Shown here: piece by piece, positions 38,546-54,074 of the stretch
How the letters are laid out: every line of letters begins with the position of its first letter
Numbering within the stretch: the first letter of the stretch is position 1
NCBI GenBank assembly: GCA_964016885.1
Contig: OZ024740.1
Location: 226,734,001 to 226,798,000, forward strand
DNA from: Eledone cirrhosa
Lineage: Eukaryota
DNA: 64,000 nucleotides
Direction: 5' to 3'
Notes under the pieces: generated by a model
What the model was told of the DNA's origin: nothing
The model's input: only the letters and a program-made list of their open reading frames with translations
Database searches by the model: none
Made by a program: the position numbers and the translations under genes

Positions 38546-39692
38546 GCTGTTAGGTTGGTAGGTAGGAAAGAAGGGAGAGAGGTAGAAGAGAAAGTTGTTA
38601 GGTTGGTAGGTAGGAAAGAAGGGAGAGAGGTAGAAGAGAAAGTTGTTAGGTTGGTAGGTAGGAAAGAAGGGAGAGAGGTAGAAGAGAAAGTTGTTAGGTT
38701 GGTAGGTAGGAAAGAAGGGAGAGAGGTAGAAGAGAAAGTTGTTAGGTTGGTAGGTAGGAAAGAAGGGAGAGAGGTAGAAGAGAAAGTTGTTAGGTTGGTA
38801 GGTAGGAAAGAAGGGAGAGAGGTAGAAGAGAAAGTTGTTAGGTTGGTAGGTAGGAAAGAAGGGAGAGAGGTAGAAGAGAAAGTTATTAGGTTGGTAGGTA
38901 GGAAAGAAGGGAGAGAGGTAGAAGAGAAAGTTGTTAGGTTGGTAGGTAGGAAAGAAGGGAGAGAGGTAGAAGAGAAAGTTGTTAGGTTGGTAGGTAGGAA
39001 AGAAGGGAGAGAGGTAGAAGAGAAAGTTGTTAGGTTGGTAGGTAGGAAAGAAGGGAGAGAGGTAGAAGAGAAAGTTGTTAGGTTGGTAGGTAGGAAAGAA
39101 GGGAGAGAGGTAGAGGAGAAAGTTGTTAGGTTGGTAGGTAGGAAAGAAGGGAGAGAGGTAGAAGAGAAAGTTGTTAGGTTGGTAGGTAGGAAAGAAGGGA
39201 GAGAGGTAGAGGAGAAAGTTGTTAGGTTGGTAGGTAGGAAAGAAGGGAGAGAGGTAGAAGAGAAAGTTGTTAGGTTGGTAGGTAGGAAAGAAGGGAGAGA
39301 GGTAGAGGAGAAAGTTGTTAGGTTGGTAGGTAGGAAAGAAGGGAGAGAGGTAGAAGTGAAAGTTGTTAGGTTGGTAGGTAGGAAAGAAGGGAGAGAGGTA
39401 GAAGAGAAAGTTGTTAGGTTGGTAGGTAGGAAAGAAGGGAGAGAGGTAGAAGAGAAAGTTGTTAGGTTGGTAGGTAGGAAAGAAGGGAGAGAGGTAGAAG
39501 AGAAAGTTGTTAGGTTGGTAGGTAGGAAAGAAGGGAGAGAGGTAGAGGAGAAAGTTGTTAGGTTGGTAGGTAGGAAAGAAGGGAGAGAGGTAGAAGAGAA
39601 AGTTGTTAGGTTGGTAGGTAGGAAAGAAGGGAGAGAGGTAGAAGAGAAAGTTGTTAGGTTGGTAGGTAGGAAAGAAGGGAGAGAGGTAGAAG
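38546..39692. repeat. 48-bp purine-rich minisatellite, about 24 copies
   Basis: Unit gttgttaggttggtaggtaggaaagaagggagagaggtagaagagaaa. Confidence 0.97.
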
Positions 39693-40037
39693 TAAAAGTG
39701 TGTTTTGAGGAGAAATTGAACATTTTTCTGTGTAAATGTATTGGTTTTTAGAACTGGCACACTCAAAAATGTATCTGTTTCTATGTAAGTGTATGTGCAG
39801 TTTAATGCATGTGTATGTGAGTGGAAGAATGTGTGTGTGTGTGTTTGAGTGTGTACATGAGAGGAAGAATATATGTGCATATGAAATAGTTTAGTGTATG
39901 TTTGTGCTTGTGTGTGTGTGCATGTGTAAGAGAGAGAGAGAGAGAGAAACAAGGAGAGAGAGTAAGAGAAAGACTGTGAATATAAGCTAAAATGTACTTT
40001 TTGTGTGTGTATATGAAGTAAAGAGAAACTACAACAG

Positions 40038-40094
<57 letters not shown>

Positions 40095-43000
40095 TATATA
40101 TATATAATGAGATTGGGGGCAAAAGAAAGAATATGAATGACATATATATACATATATTTATATATATGTGTGTATGTGGGTGTATATATATATACACACA
40201 CAGGTATGTATACATATATATATATATATACATACCTGTGTGTGTGTATATACATATATACATGGAGCTAGAGAGGGAGCTAAGGTTGAATGGAAGCAGG
40301 CAGAAAAATAATTAGAGAAAGTGATAGTTAGAAAAATAAAGAGATAGAAGTTAGAAGATTGGAAAATATGAGAGAAAATGAGAGGAGGAAAAGGAGAGAG
40401 AGAGCTTGAATCAAAGAATGTGAGAGATAGAAAATCAAAGAGATTGGTGAAATGAATGAGATGGAAATATTGAAAGTGATAGTGGAAGAGATGCTGTGAG
40501 AATAAGAAGGAAGAAATAAATGTTTAAAACAAAGCAAAAATAAACTAGTCAGGCCTATTTTTGAAGAAAAGGATTTCTGTGGAAATTCTGAACATCAAAG
40601 CTGGATATCGTCCCTGATTTTCAGGAGAAAATTTTTAAAAACAGCATGGAAATGTCTCTGTAATGAATGGTTTCATTGAGAATGACCTGTTTTTCTGAAG
40701 ACTGACCCTTAATTTTGCTTTATTTCATAGGAAAACATGATGGTTGTAGTCAAGCACTAACTATCATTAGTGTTCACAATACAGAACACAAACCGTAACT
40801 AACTTTTCTTATATATATTTTTTTCTTCTTATGGTATCATTGCAGCAGAAAGTAAATGCTTGTGACTAGATCCTTAGGGTTTGGGATTCGTGATCATATT
40901 ATTATTGTGGGTTCGATTCCCACATTGGGCAATGTATTATGTCTTTGAGCAGGGTACTTCATTTCCTGTTTCTCCAGTTCATTCAGCTGAGAAGCTGCAG
41001 CTTGGAATTAGTCATGTTAACTGATTGGCAGGTGTTTGTATTTTCAATAATGCAACACCAATGAAACTGGGATAAGCTTATGGCAAGTATGGAAACCCAA
41101 TCATAAGTCTAACTCATTACTGTAGATTTATGTTTTCTCATTACTGTAGTAATGTTTTCTCATTTGATAAGTGATCGACCCCTATAAAAATATTATAGAG
41201 TTTATATTTGATCCCATCTGAGGCCTCTATATGTCTCATAAGAAACCTGAAGTAACACCCTGGAGAAGACTTTATTTCCAGTAATATTATCTTTTCTGCA
41301 GTTTGTCCAAAGCTGCTTATTCGTTTGATAGTAGCCTGCTTATATTGCAACTAACCATCATATCTGGTAACCATATTGCTGTCTTACACCTGTGACCTGC
41401 TCTTTTGCAGAACACTTCTGCTAAGAATTACTATTCATTGCATGTAAAATAATTAACAATAATTTGTTGGGTTTTTTTAAAATCATACTTATAATCAGTA
41501 TTTAATTTTTAATCAGTTCATTTCGCATATATTCTATAATCACAGATAAATTCTGTTTTTAAAATTTCATTTTCTCTTCAGTGTAATGTTGATATTTCAT
41601 ATTGATAATGCCATTTTCCTTTCATATAAAATTGAAATTTTCATTAGTCAGCAAAAAGCTCCAACATAATAAGTCAATCTGCTCCATGTGAGTCAATGAA
41701 TGAGCCCTTAAATAAAAGAATCTGCCTTAATATGAAAGAGTCAGGTAAAAAATAGTAGAAAAATACCACCTCTATATTCAGTCGTGTGCATTTGAGGTAA
41801 AAGCACAGAAACTTTGTCAATAGCATGTATTTGTCAGAATGAAGTTAGCTAAAGCTACAGGATAACCTTGTTTGAGCAAGAAATGGTATATTTCATTAGA
41901 TTTAGGTAGAAAATCAAAGTTTTTATTACATGGTTGTTTCTGTTATTCTCCCCATCCCTTTGGCTGTTGCCTTTTACATCCAATAACCCTTGTTACCTCT
42001 TCCTCCATCTTTACATCTTTCCCCCTTCTTCCCCCTTTATCCCCCTCCATCCTCTCTCCATCACTGATCCTAGTTTGTATGTCCTTCAAAGCTAGTTAAG
42101 ACTTCATCTCATTCCAACAAAGGGTTCTGCTCAAAATGTTGAACTTATTTCCTTCCTCACAGCATAACATTTATTCCACAGTTTGAATCATGTTATTCTT
42201 AAGTTCTTAGGCTTTTCAAACATTCTTTCAAATATTTTTATTTACTCATGTAACAAAGAAAGAATTTTTACATAAGCTAAATGATTCTTAGTAGTAGAAA
42301 ACAAAAAGGAAAAGAATTGGTAAGCTGTCATATTCATGACTGCTAACTTTAACAATGTTAGAGGAAGCATTTAAAAGAAAATCTTTAACCAGATTATAGT
42401 CTTAGCATGTTCAGAGCTTCAATATTATAATATTTCTCATAAACTGGAATATATAAAAAAAATAGAAAAATAGGAAATATGAATTTGTGATGTTTATGCT
42501 TAATAATTCTATTCAAATTCTCTTATAATTTTTTGAAGAAATGGCAAATTACTCTCACACAGATTCTTTCATAAATGGCTGATGCCTTAGCGAATTTTTC
42601 AAAATACACCTCATAACCATCAACATCATCATTATGCAAATATCATCGACATGACTTTTGACTTTTCAGTTACAATCAATAAAGACAAATTCAATGCTAC
42701 ACCTGTTTTTCATTCATTTACCAATTTTTCTCTTCTCGCTCTCCTCTCTCTCAGTTCCTTTCAACCATTTTCTGGTTTTCTTTCATTCTTGGTTTTATCT
42801 TTCACCTTGAAACATGAAAAGGATTGATTAAAGAAAAAATACTGAGAAACTAAAGAAAAGATTTGCATGATTAGGAGGTAGGGACAGACAGATCAGAGAT
42901 ATAATGAAAGAAGTTCCGGTTGTTGGAGGTAATGTGCAGGAGAAGGATTGGCATAGAAAGGTGGTAAGGGAAAGAGGGATAAAGACAGAGAAAAGAAGAA

Positions 43001-43641
43001 AATGAAAGGGAAATGAAGGAAAGAAATATGCATGTGAGAAATGTAGAGGCTAGAATTTTCAGAAACAACAAAAGAAAAATAGCAAGGATGGATGCATAGA
43101 AGGTGGGAAGGAAACATCAAGAGAGAAAGAATAGGAAATAAAAAGTGGGGGAGTAGAAAATAAGATAAACAATAAATATAATGTATGATGTAGTAAAAGA
43201 TAAAGAGACAGGTATATATGAAGAGTGGGGAGAGAAATGGACAGAATAGGAACATGAGAAAGACTGACAAAAATAGAAACATTTATATCTGTATTAACTA
43301 CCTGCTTTGATATTTCTATATATGTGTATATATGTCTACTTCTTTTCTACTCACCTTTTGACATAAATATGTGTGTGTATATAGCAATATACACCCTCAT
43401 ACACATATATATATAAACCATAACACACACATATACACATCTGTACATACATACACACATATAACATATGCCTGCATATATACCTTCACACAGGGAAATA
43501 TATACTGTTACATTTCTGTCCACTTCATTCCTCCTAATGACGCCCCCCCCCCCTGTTTTTTTCACTTACCTCATCACTCTCATTTTTTTCCTGATGAAGA
43601 ACTAACATCTGATATGTTGACACTTTTATATATATATATAT

Positions 43642-43879
43642 ATATTGTTATCCTTGGGAAGGGTCATATTTGTGTAATATTGCCAGAATTAATAACAGAA
43701 CACACTCACTGTTTGATATTTTTGACCGTTGGTCAGTCAATGGCAACATTGAGGACCGAATAAATTAAATTAACCGATATAAAAGACACAGAAGCGAAAA
43801 CCAACCAAACAGTGAGTGTGTTCTGTTATTAATTCTGGCAATATTACACAAATATGACCCTCCCCAAGTATAACAATAT
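43642..43879. repeat. Inverted repeat with 74-bp arms and 90-bp spacer, in (TA)n
   Basis: 43642-43715 vs 43806-43879, 2 mismatches. Confidence 0.9.
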
Positions 43880-43944
43880 TTGTTTCGACACACGATTTCA
43901 TATAAAAAACCTCGCAAAACTAATTCATCGCCGTTATATATATA

Positions 43945-44147
43945 TATTCAAAAAAAGAAAAGAATGACTTCACTTGTAGTTCTAAACAATTTAATTTAAT
44001 TTTATAATATTATGATTTTACAATTTGGTTTTGTAGATCTAGTAAGTTCTTTGTTAACTTCGGTGAGGAGATTTTTAACGATTCCTGGTTAACTTTCCTG
44101 GAGAACTTACTCGTATTCGTCAGTGACGACTGTCAAACTGATCTCAC
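43945..44147 (-). mobile_element. Unfolded relative of the 777-900 palindrome with hammerhead-like remnant
   Basis: Shares about 65 bp with 777-843; CTGACGA at 44123-44117; stem agtaagttct/agaacttact; GAAA box decayed. Confidence 0.5.
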
Positions 44148-44520
44148 ATATATATATGTATCCTTGTATGTATACTTGAGAAATCTCGCAACAGGACAAC
44201 CTGTATAATCTATGCTAACGTAGAAAATGGTCATTAAATGGTGATTATGATGATGATGATGATTGACTGCCATGTTTCAGCATGTTTTTTTTACAGTTGA
44301 ATGCCCTTTCTATCATGAACATTGTTACATTTCCATGCCAGCATGGGTTGGGCAAGACTTTTATAAAGGCAGTTTTTTCTGTCTGGATTCCCTTACTGGT
44401 GCCAATCCATACTTTATTTTTTATACTTCTTTGTTGAACCAGTTAGCTGCAAGATGTATTTTTTATGCAGAACATTAACAATGTCACTGCTTGATTTAAA
44501 CGGTGTTTATATGAATACAT

Positions 44521-44567
<47 letters not shown>

Positions 44568-45472
44568 AATAACACTGAATAAAAACTGCATCAGTCTCTT
44601 TTTTTTCCAGAGTTGTTGTTCTCGTATACAGATTACCTTTGCTGTGACATACAAAGTCCAAATCTTTTCCACAGATTTGTCTTATTCAAGGTTACTCTGT
44701 GGCTTGTGGAGTCAACATCTCCTTTGTGGTTTAGGTAGGGTATGGTATTCAACTACCAGCTGGTAGGAATCCTTTTTGAACTGTCACTGTTTGACCTACA
44801 GTCTACAGCAGATAAGCAGATGGTTTGAATGGTGATATCTTCATGGAACTAGATAGATGGAAATGAGAAGGGGTTGGCAGCGGCATAAGTTTCCATGGAA
44901 GTGAGCGATGTTGGTGGTGGTGGTAGGGGTTAGGTAGCAAGCTGAGTGAAGAGGTTCTATTATTGTCAGGAGAATTTCAGTAATGGTGAGGCACACTTAT
45001 GAAGACAGGGAGTGTGGGAAGCAACCATTCCTATGAGGGAATCATCTTTGCATGTCATCCCCAAACATCACTTTCTCTCTCACTCTCTCTCCCTCTCTCT
45101 CTCTATATATATATGTATGTATATATATATATATATATATGTGCGTGTGCATGCACATATGTGTGTGTATGTGCATGTGTTTGTGAGTATGTGTGTATAT
45201 GTTTGTGAGTAGGTATGTGTAATATTTGTACAATTTCCAAATGACAGAGGTAATGATTATTCACTTAGCTGAAACATTTATATATGTATATATATATATA
45301 TATAAAGGTGTGTGTGTATATACATATATACACACACACATATATGTGTATATATATATATATATATATACACGTATGTGTGTGTATATACATATATACA
45401 CACACACACATATGTGTATATATATATATACCCACACAGACACATACATTTATATATATATATATATATATA

Positions 45473-45562
45473 TTATGTATACTCCAGTCCTACAAACTGT
45501 AGAGTGCTTCTTATCCGATATCTGCATTGCTTTATTGTACTACAATAAAACTCACCTCCTAC

Positions 45563-45565
<3 letters not shown>
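45473..45565 (+). mobile_element. Solo 3' tail of fold-back element 1
   Basis: Reverse complement of 25062-25154 with about 2 changes; (TA)n on both sides. Confidence 0.85.
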
Positions 45566-45632
<67 letters not shown>

Positions 45633-45736
45633 TATATATATATATATATATTATAATATATATAATAGATGTTTATGTATACATATGCACACACACAGAG
45701 ATACACACACATTGTATATGTATATATATATATACT

Positions 45737-45778
<42 letters not shown>

Positions 45779-46504
45779 ATATATATGTATATCATATTTA
45801 TGGGTGAAGGAAGGTATATTTGCATATATATGTATGTATATACACTATGCACATACCACATAACAAAATAAGTATCTAACAGCTGGTTGTCCAGATCTTT
45901 GCCAGCTATATCATTACCGAAAATTAAGACAGACTGTGTTTTATTATGGCACCAGCAGAATGGTAGAGAAACAATTAAAGGGACAATGATGTACTGCAAA
46001 ATAAAAGACATAAGAAATTTTGGTGTCATAAGTGTGCTGCTAGCTAAAACAAAACAAAGTTAATACTATTTTATAAGAAGGAACTGAAGAATTTCTACCC
46101 TCATAGAGCAGCAGGGATGTGAAGAGCAATTATAGAAACTAATGAGAAATGATTCTCTGGAATTGTCCCAGGAGCATTATCACTCAGTATGTGAGATACT
46201 GGACAAAATACTCCTGAGAAAAGCAGGCTACTCTTTCCTAGCCTCAGCTACATTGCCAGCTATATATAGACACTAATAACACTTTGTGGTTGATTAGCTG
46301 GTGGTTAGAAAAGATAAGAGTAAATGAAACTATGTTGGTTTCAATTTTGAGTGTTCTAATTGTTCAATCAGCAGAGAAGCCTACTCATTAAATAAACACA
46401 TAAGTGCCTGTGCATTCCTCAGACATGTGTGTCTCTCACATACATTCTCTGTAAGATTCAGTATGGTGTAATATGTGAGAAAAATGGCTCTTTTAATATA
46501 TAAG

Positions 46505-46800
46505 ACACTGGATAAAAAGTGCCCAGTCCACACTAGAGTGGTCATGTAGTGTTACGACAAAAAGTTCCCAGCCCACACTGCAAAGTGGTTGTGTAAGTGC
46601 CATGACAAAAAGCACCCAGTCTACACTGTAAAGTGGTTGTGTAGGTGTCATGACAAAAAGTACCCTGCCCACACTGTAAAGTGGTCATGTAGGTTTCACG
46701 ATAAAAAGTACCCAGTACTCACTGTAAATGTGGTTGGTATTAGGAAGCGCATCCAGCTGTAGAAAACAAGCCAAAATCAGTTCTGTATAAGCAAGACATT
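46505..46800 (+). mobile_element. LINE/SINE tail with about 5 tandem ~50-bp units
   Basis: gtgtaggtgtcatgacaaaaagcacccagcccacactgtaaagtggt repeated. Confidence 0.75.
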
Positions 46801-47893
46801 GTCCTGTTTCAAGCAACCATTTACCAGCTGGATCCCCAAACAAGACCAGCTGGGATTTTGGATGTTATCCAAACATCTACTAGGGGTCTACTCCTTGGTC
46901 TCCTACCAGTTGGTTTTGCCCATAAAATCTCTCCAGTGATTCTTTTCTAAGACATTCTAACCACATGCCCATCATAGTGCTGTGATCTCTCAATTCAGAG
47001 AGAGCTACCAATAAATAAAACCATACTGACAATGATCTGACAAATTTGAGCAAAATAAAAATTATTCAAAATGCCATACAGTATATGATAATGGAATAAT
47101 GAATATATTATATATGATAAGTATGTAAAACTATTCTTATCATACAACAAAATGCAAATGGAGAGAATGGATGAAGAACAGGGTATAAGTAGAAGTAGAT
47201 GTAGAGATTATATGAATGTGGGTTGAGGAAGTGGTAGAGATAGACAGTAACGAGGTTGTAAGATAAGAAAAAGAGGAAAAGACGGGCAGGGTGGCATACT
47301 GATGCTGGGCAATGTTAGAGAAAGAATCTTTGTTTCGCTCAAATACTGTTTCAAACAGGGAAGAGAAAAATGGGAGAGCAAGGGACAAAGAGAAAGAGAG
47401 ATAGCTGTAAAGATATAGATAAAGGAAAAGAGATGTGGAGTAGAGGGGCAATGAGGAGCAGAGAGATTGAGAAAAAGTACAGAATGACAGTAGTGATGAT
47501 AGATAAAGCAAGAATTAGAAGAGTAAATGTGTCCTAGAGTATGAAAGAAACAATAAATAAATGCTATAAGTAAGGTTGTAAAAAGTAAAAGGAAAGAAAT
47601 ATAGAAAAAAAGATAAGAAAAAATATTTTTAAAATCAACCCAACCTAAAAATAAGAAGAATTAATTTGTAACTGTTTACTAATTGCTGAAGATGTGAACT
47701 AAATTATTCATAACTCCAGCAAGCTGAAGGAGACTAAAAGCATTTCTTTGGGCTTATGATATGCTATTGAATCTCTCTTTATCCCCCCCCCCCCCACCAC
47801 CCCTCTCTCTACTTCTGCCCTTGTCACTCAAAACCATTATGTTTAACCCTGGTCAGCAAGAATTCAGGCAAAAAATAAATGCAAATAATAACA

Positions 47894-47941
<48 letters not shown>

Positions 47942-48315
47942 GTAATGATAAAAATAACAATAATAATAGTAATAATAATAGTATATGAAAATTAACTTAA
48001 GTGGCCTCTCCTGGTGCAAAGAGCAAAGTGTGTCAATTGCAGTTAATGAGTGGCCCAAGAATATCACTTTCTAAAAAAAAAGGATTCAACTATTCTGAAG
48101 GGATTTCTTAAGGGTTCTGAATCTAAAAGTAGAAGGTTACAGCCCCTAATTAGAGTATACCATGCCTTTTTTATATTTTCATATATATTTTAAGGTAGAC
48201 ATTCTATCACCACCACCAACATCACCACCATACTACCACCACCACTCATGTTATCTGCATTCCTTATGTGACATATTCTTTGAAAATTATTGCCTGCTTT
48301 ATTTTTCTTTATTTG

Positions 48316-48366
<51 letters not shown>

Positions 48367-48395
48367 ATCATACATACATGCACACATACATGCCA

Positions 48396-49210
48396 ATTAC
48401 ATACATATATACAAATATATATACATATGTACATATAATCATACATATATATGTACATACATGCACATATACATACACATTACATACAAACGTACAAATA
48501 TATATACATATGTACATATAATCATACATATATATGTACATACATGCACATATACATACACATTACATACAAACGTACAAATATATATACATATGTACAT
48601 ATAATCAGACATATATATGTACATACATGCACATATACATACACATTACATACAAATGTACAAATATATATACATATGTACATATAATCAGACATATATA
48701 TGTACATACATGCACATATACATACACATTACATACAAACGTACAAATATATATACATATGTACATATAATCAGACATACATATATATACATACATGCAC
48801 ATATACATACACATTACATACAAACGTACAAATATATATACATATGTACATATAATCAGACATATATATGTACATACATGCACATATACATACACATTAC
48901 ATACAAATGTACAAATATATATACATATGTACATATAATCAGACATATATATGTACATACATGCACATATACATACACATTACATACAAACGTACAAATA
49001 TATATACATATGTACATATAATCAGACATACATATATATACATACATGCACATATACATACACATTACATACAAACGTACAAATATATATACATATGTAC
49101 ATATAATCAGACATATATATGTACATACATGCACATATACATACACATTACATACAAATGTACAAATATATATACATATGTACATATAATCAGACCTACA
49201 TATATATACA
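48396..49210. repeat. 83-bp minisatellite with 251-bp higher-order period
   Basis: cacattacatacaaacgtacaaatatatatacatatgtacatataatcag recurs. Confidence 0.9.
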
Positions 49211-49262
49211 TACATGCATGCGGTCATATATATTTATACATTACATGCCAACATCCACATAT

Positions 49263-49310
<48 letters not shown>

Positions 49311-49775
49311 GATTAACGTCTATCTTCCACACTAGCATGGGTTAGACAGGTTAGAGGCAAGTTGGGTCAGGTGACCGTGTCTCACTTACATATATACATA
49401 TAATGATACATACGTATGTACATACATGCATACATACATGCAAACGTACACACATATATATATATATATATACATATGTACATATTATCAAACATACGTA
49501 TGTATATACATGCATACATACATATACATGACATGCAAAAGTACATACGTACATACATAGATACATATATACATACATTCACACATACATACATACATAG
49601 ATACATATATACATACATACATATACACACACAGATCATATTCACACATACACACATGCATACATATACACACACACATGCTTACAAATATGCATATACC
49701 ATATGCTTTCAAGATAATTAGTTGATAATTGAATACCTACCAGCCAGTTTTGAATATTTCAAACAATACATGTTA

Positions 49776-49831
<56 letters not shown>

Positions 49832-50149
49832 ATAGTAGTAGTATTTTTTTTTAAATTAGGTGTGATTTATTCATGGGGAGAAGACTGCCTAGAGCTAGAT
49901 TTGAACTTACAATCACTGAGCCAGGTGTCTACTCTCTTAAATGATACTGTACCAAACAACAGCAGCTGTCAATGAGAAAGCCACTATATGGTCTTCCAAG
50001 CTGCTAAAAATAGCTACTAAACTTCCCTCAAATAACATACCAGGTTCACACTTTTGTGTTCATATTTCGTATGAAATACATATTTTTGTTAATTAATGAA
50101 GAATTTGAATTAAAACTATTAATTACTTTATTTTTAAGATGGATTAGGG

Positions 50150-50370
50150 TTATGGATTTGCATATTGGTAGAGTATTGGACAACATGCTTTGTAGCATGT
50201 AGGTACATCTCTTTACATTCTGAGTTCAAATCCTGCTGAGGTTAGCTTTGCCTTTCATCCTTACATGGTTGATAAAATAAAGAACCAGTAACACGCTGGA
50301 TTGATTTAATCAACCTCCCCAAATAAAAAAGTTGTTGACCTTGTGGCTAAATCAGAAAGCATTATTAAAA
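50150..50370 (+). mobile_element. Meta/MESC-like tRNA SINE
   Basis: B box gagttcaaatcc followed by gctttgcctttcatccttac..gttgataaaataaag. Confidence 0.65.
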
Positions 50371-52106
50371 TGGTGTCTGTAACATAACCTTACAAAAGCT
50401 ACTTATATCAAATCATGTTGGAAGGTTTTAATTTCAAGAGGGATACTTTAATATGGGTAGTTTTGTTTCGCAGAACGATAGGAATTGATACATTAGATAA
50501 TGTATTAGTCTTATATATTTTTAAAATGATATGGTGGTCTCAATTGAATGGATGTTCTTTGCTCTTTGATGATAAGTCTGTCTAATCAAAGCTCTCTTGA
50601 GAAAACAACATCAACAAAAAAGTGGACCTCTGAGATTGGATCAAGGAAACTATGTTTCCATTGGTCTTTATTTTCATTGCTAATACTATCTACCAGTTAC
50701 AGCTCTTGACAAAAAAAAATGTGGGATTTGAACTCGGAACACAACCAATCACCTTGGATTAGTTATTTATTTATCGATCATGAAACAATGAAAAGCAAAA
50801 AAAATTTATAAAGGAAGGTTCATAACATTTATATCTTTCATTACCATCATAAGTTTATGTCTGTTTATTTTAGAATAGGTTATGCAATAGAATAGGTTAG
50901 AATAGGTTTATGCAAAACCTTTTGATGTAAAATTCTACAGCTGAATGTCTCTCCTGGATTTTACTCTCACTTTTTCTCTTTTTTTAAAGTAAAGTACAAA
51001 TGTAACTGCTAAGGTGTGGGACTTCTGTTTATGTGAGGCATAAACAAATATCACTAACTGCATTAGCAATACTAAATCTGAATCAAAGATGCTGGATTTT
51101 TGCATATTTAACCACTGAGCAATTAAACGTGTTTCAGTTGATTCAATCAATGGAACAGCCTGCTAATAAAGTTAACTTGCATGTGGCTGGGAATTCCAGA
51201 CATGTCTACTCTTAATGTAGTTCTCAGGGAGATTCAGCATGGAACAATGTACAACAAGCTGGTTATTTGAATTAGAGGTACAACTCATTTTTTCCCCAGC
51301 TGGTTGGACTGGAGCAATGTGAAATAAAGTGTCTTGTTCAAGGACTAAATACATATCCAGGAATGGAACTCATGACCTTATAATCATAACCTAAACATCC
51401 TAATCAATATGCCACATGCTTTCACTACTACAACACTTGGGTATTTACCAGCCAAATGAATAAACTGAATGTTCTGGAATACAGGATTTTTCTGTGTTGT
51501 TTTAATTTCTAATGCAGTTGTTTGTTTAGTTATTTATTTTATCTTTATTATTTTTATTTTAGCTAAGAGTTTGTTTTTTTCTGTTTATTTTGTCCTTTTT
51601 TATTGCTTCAATTTCTTTCTTTTATTTTCCTTGAATTAAACATTCATGGAAGTTTTACTGAATTAAGTCTCACCTCTTAAGTGAATTGGGTTAAACCGAA
51701 TACATTAACAGCAAACAACATTGATGTAGAATGATGGAGTGTGAGTGCTGACAATCTTAAATAAATAGTACAGTGAATAGTTATTTCAGAATGTGTCTCA
51801 TTGATCAATGCTGACTAAATTGCTTAAGCTTTGTATAGTGACCTACCCATGGACACAATTTGCTTCTACCTCACCCACATTTTTCATGTCATTATTGGCA
51901 GTTATAGCCTCATGATCACATTAGTGGTGACAAACAGTTTACTTTTGTTCCTATCAACATTGAAATCCCACTCAGACCACTCCCCACAAAAATCAATTAA
52001 TCTGTTTATTTAAGGTCTTATTGATTTTCTAGGACACTCACTAATATTCAATCTTATTACACACATATATATATACATATATATATACATATACATATAT
52101 ATACAC

Positions 52107-52157
<51 letters not shown>

Positions 52158-52174
52158 TACACATTTATTCACAC

Positions 52175-52209
<35 letters not shown>

Positions 52210-52229
52210 CACACACATACATATATATA

Positions 52230-52275
<46 letters not shown>

Positions 52276-52356
52276 TATAGATATATATATACACACACAC
52301 ACATACACACATATATATATACATATAGTATATATATATATGCATGTATATATGTA

Positions 52357-52387
<31 letters not shown>

Positions 52388-52448
52388 GCACACACATACA
52401 TATATATATGCATATATATATACATACATACATATAGTATACATATAG

Positions 52449-52522
<74 letters not shown>

Positions 52523-54074
52523 TATATACATATATATATACATATATGTATGTTCTGTTCTTCATTTGTTTCCTGTGCTATTTTCTATTAATTTACCTCC
52601 ATCTCTTATTATCTATTTTTTTGCATTCTTCAGAGAAATACTCAGCTTGCGGGGGATTTTTTTTTTCTGTTCTCCTTCTCATTTGTGTTCCACTTAACAT
52701 TCTTTTATCATTTCAACAAGACTACCATCTCATCACTTTTATAGATTCCAATTCTTCAATGAATCTCTTCTCTTCCTATGAAATATGAAAAAAAATGTAT
52801 ATATTTTCTCTGTTCCTCATCAGAAGCAGCTTAATATTTATTATTGTTGTTCTTCTTCCTGTTGTTGGTTGTTGTAGGATAAGCTTCATCATCATTTGAT
52901 TAAACTGATTAGTGGCTGTGATGTAGAAGTAGAAATCCAACATATCAAATATGGCGTAAAATTTAACTGCTTATTCCTGTCGCTATACCATTGGTGTTTA
53001 CTTCATCAACTTTTGAAAAGCTTTTGCCAGATTTGGGGCAGATTTCTATTGAGAACTCTTATCTAATGAACAGCTGAGATGGTCATTCTTCTATTCAGTC
53101 TAGACAGATCTGCCTTCTATCTATCTCTCAGCTATTACATCCTACATATCCATATTTAATTGTTTTCTTTTTTTCTTTTCTTTTTTACATGTTACTTATA
53201 TAGTTTGAAGCTGATTTGTTAAAGAGCTTACATCTCCTCTCTGCTTGCTTGTCTCATGCTTTATTTCTTTGCCCATTTCATCTATGAGACAGCGTTTTCT
53301 CACATTCACATCTAACAAATCAGAAGAAATTGAGAAGAAATAAATAGATATATATAAAATGAAAGAAAAATCAATGGTCATTTGAGAAATCTAATGGTTC
53401 TTACAACTCTGTTTCTTAACATAGTTGTGTAGTTTCTTTGAACTAAACCATATTCTGTGGTGTCCATTTTGGTGGCAGTCGTCTTTTGTTTGAAGGCATG
53501 TTACATTGAAAGAAGCTCATTCAATTGTGCTTTTCCCTTTTGGCTAGTGTCTCCTTTTGTCTGCTCATATTCAGCAGCCATACATATCTTCTTGTAATTT
53601 CATTCCTGAAACCAGCTGCAGTCTTCACACTTTTCTCAAAGGCTGTAAATACATAGGTTTGCATGTTCAACTTACATGGCTCTCAGTTCTTATATTCACT
53701 TCAGCTTCCAGCGTATGACTTTTCTTCTTCTTCTTCTTCTTCTTCTTCTTCTCCAACATCATCATTATCATCACCACCAGCACAATCATTCTCCTACACT
53801 CTTTTCCCCATTTGCTACTCCTGGTCAAGCAGATCTAGTCACTCACTTTACTGTTACTTCTCATGATGTTGTTGTCGATTACGATGATTATGTTGATGAG
53901 GCTTACCTTCTATAGGGACTAGGCTCACTGTTAAAGTAAATTCAAAGTAAAGCTAGCTCTTGTTGATTGTCCTAAAAAGAGGAGATGTTTAGGGATGGAA
54001 TGTGTTAGATGACAATTCTACTCAATCAGGGAGGACCTGGAGCTAAACTTCAGCAATAAAGCATTTATTATGTC

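Noticed and set aside
38249-40255. 668-, 459- and 398-aa repeat ORFs
   Set aside because: Products of a 48-bp unit that is stop-free in several frames and flanked by (TA)n.
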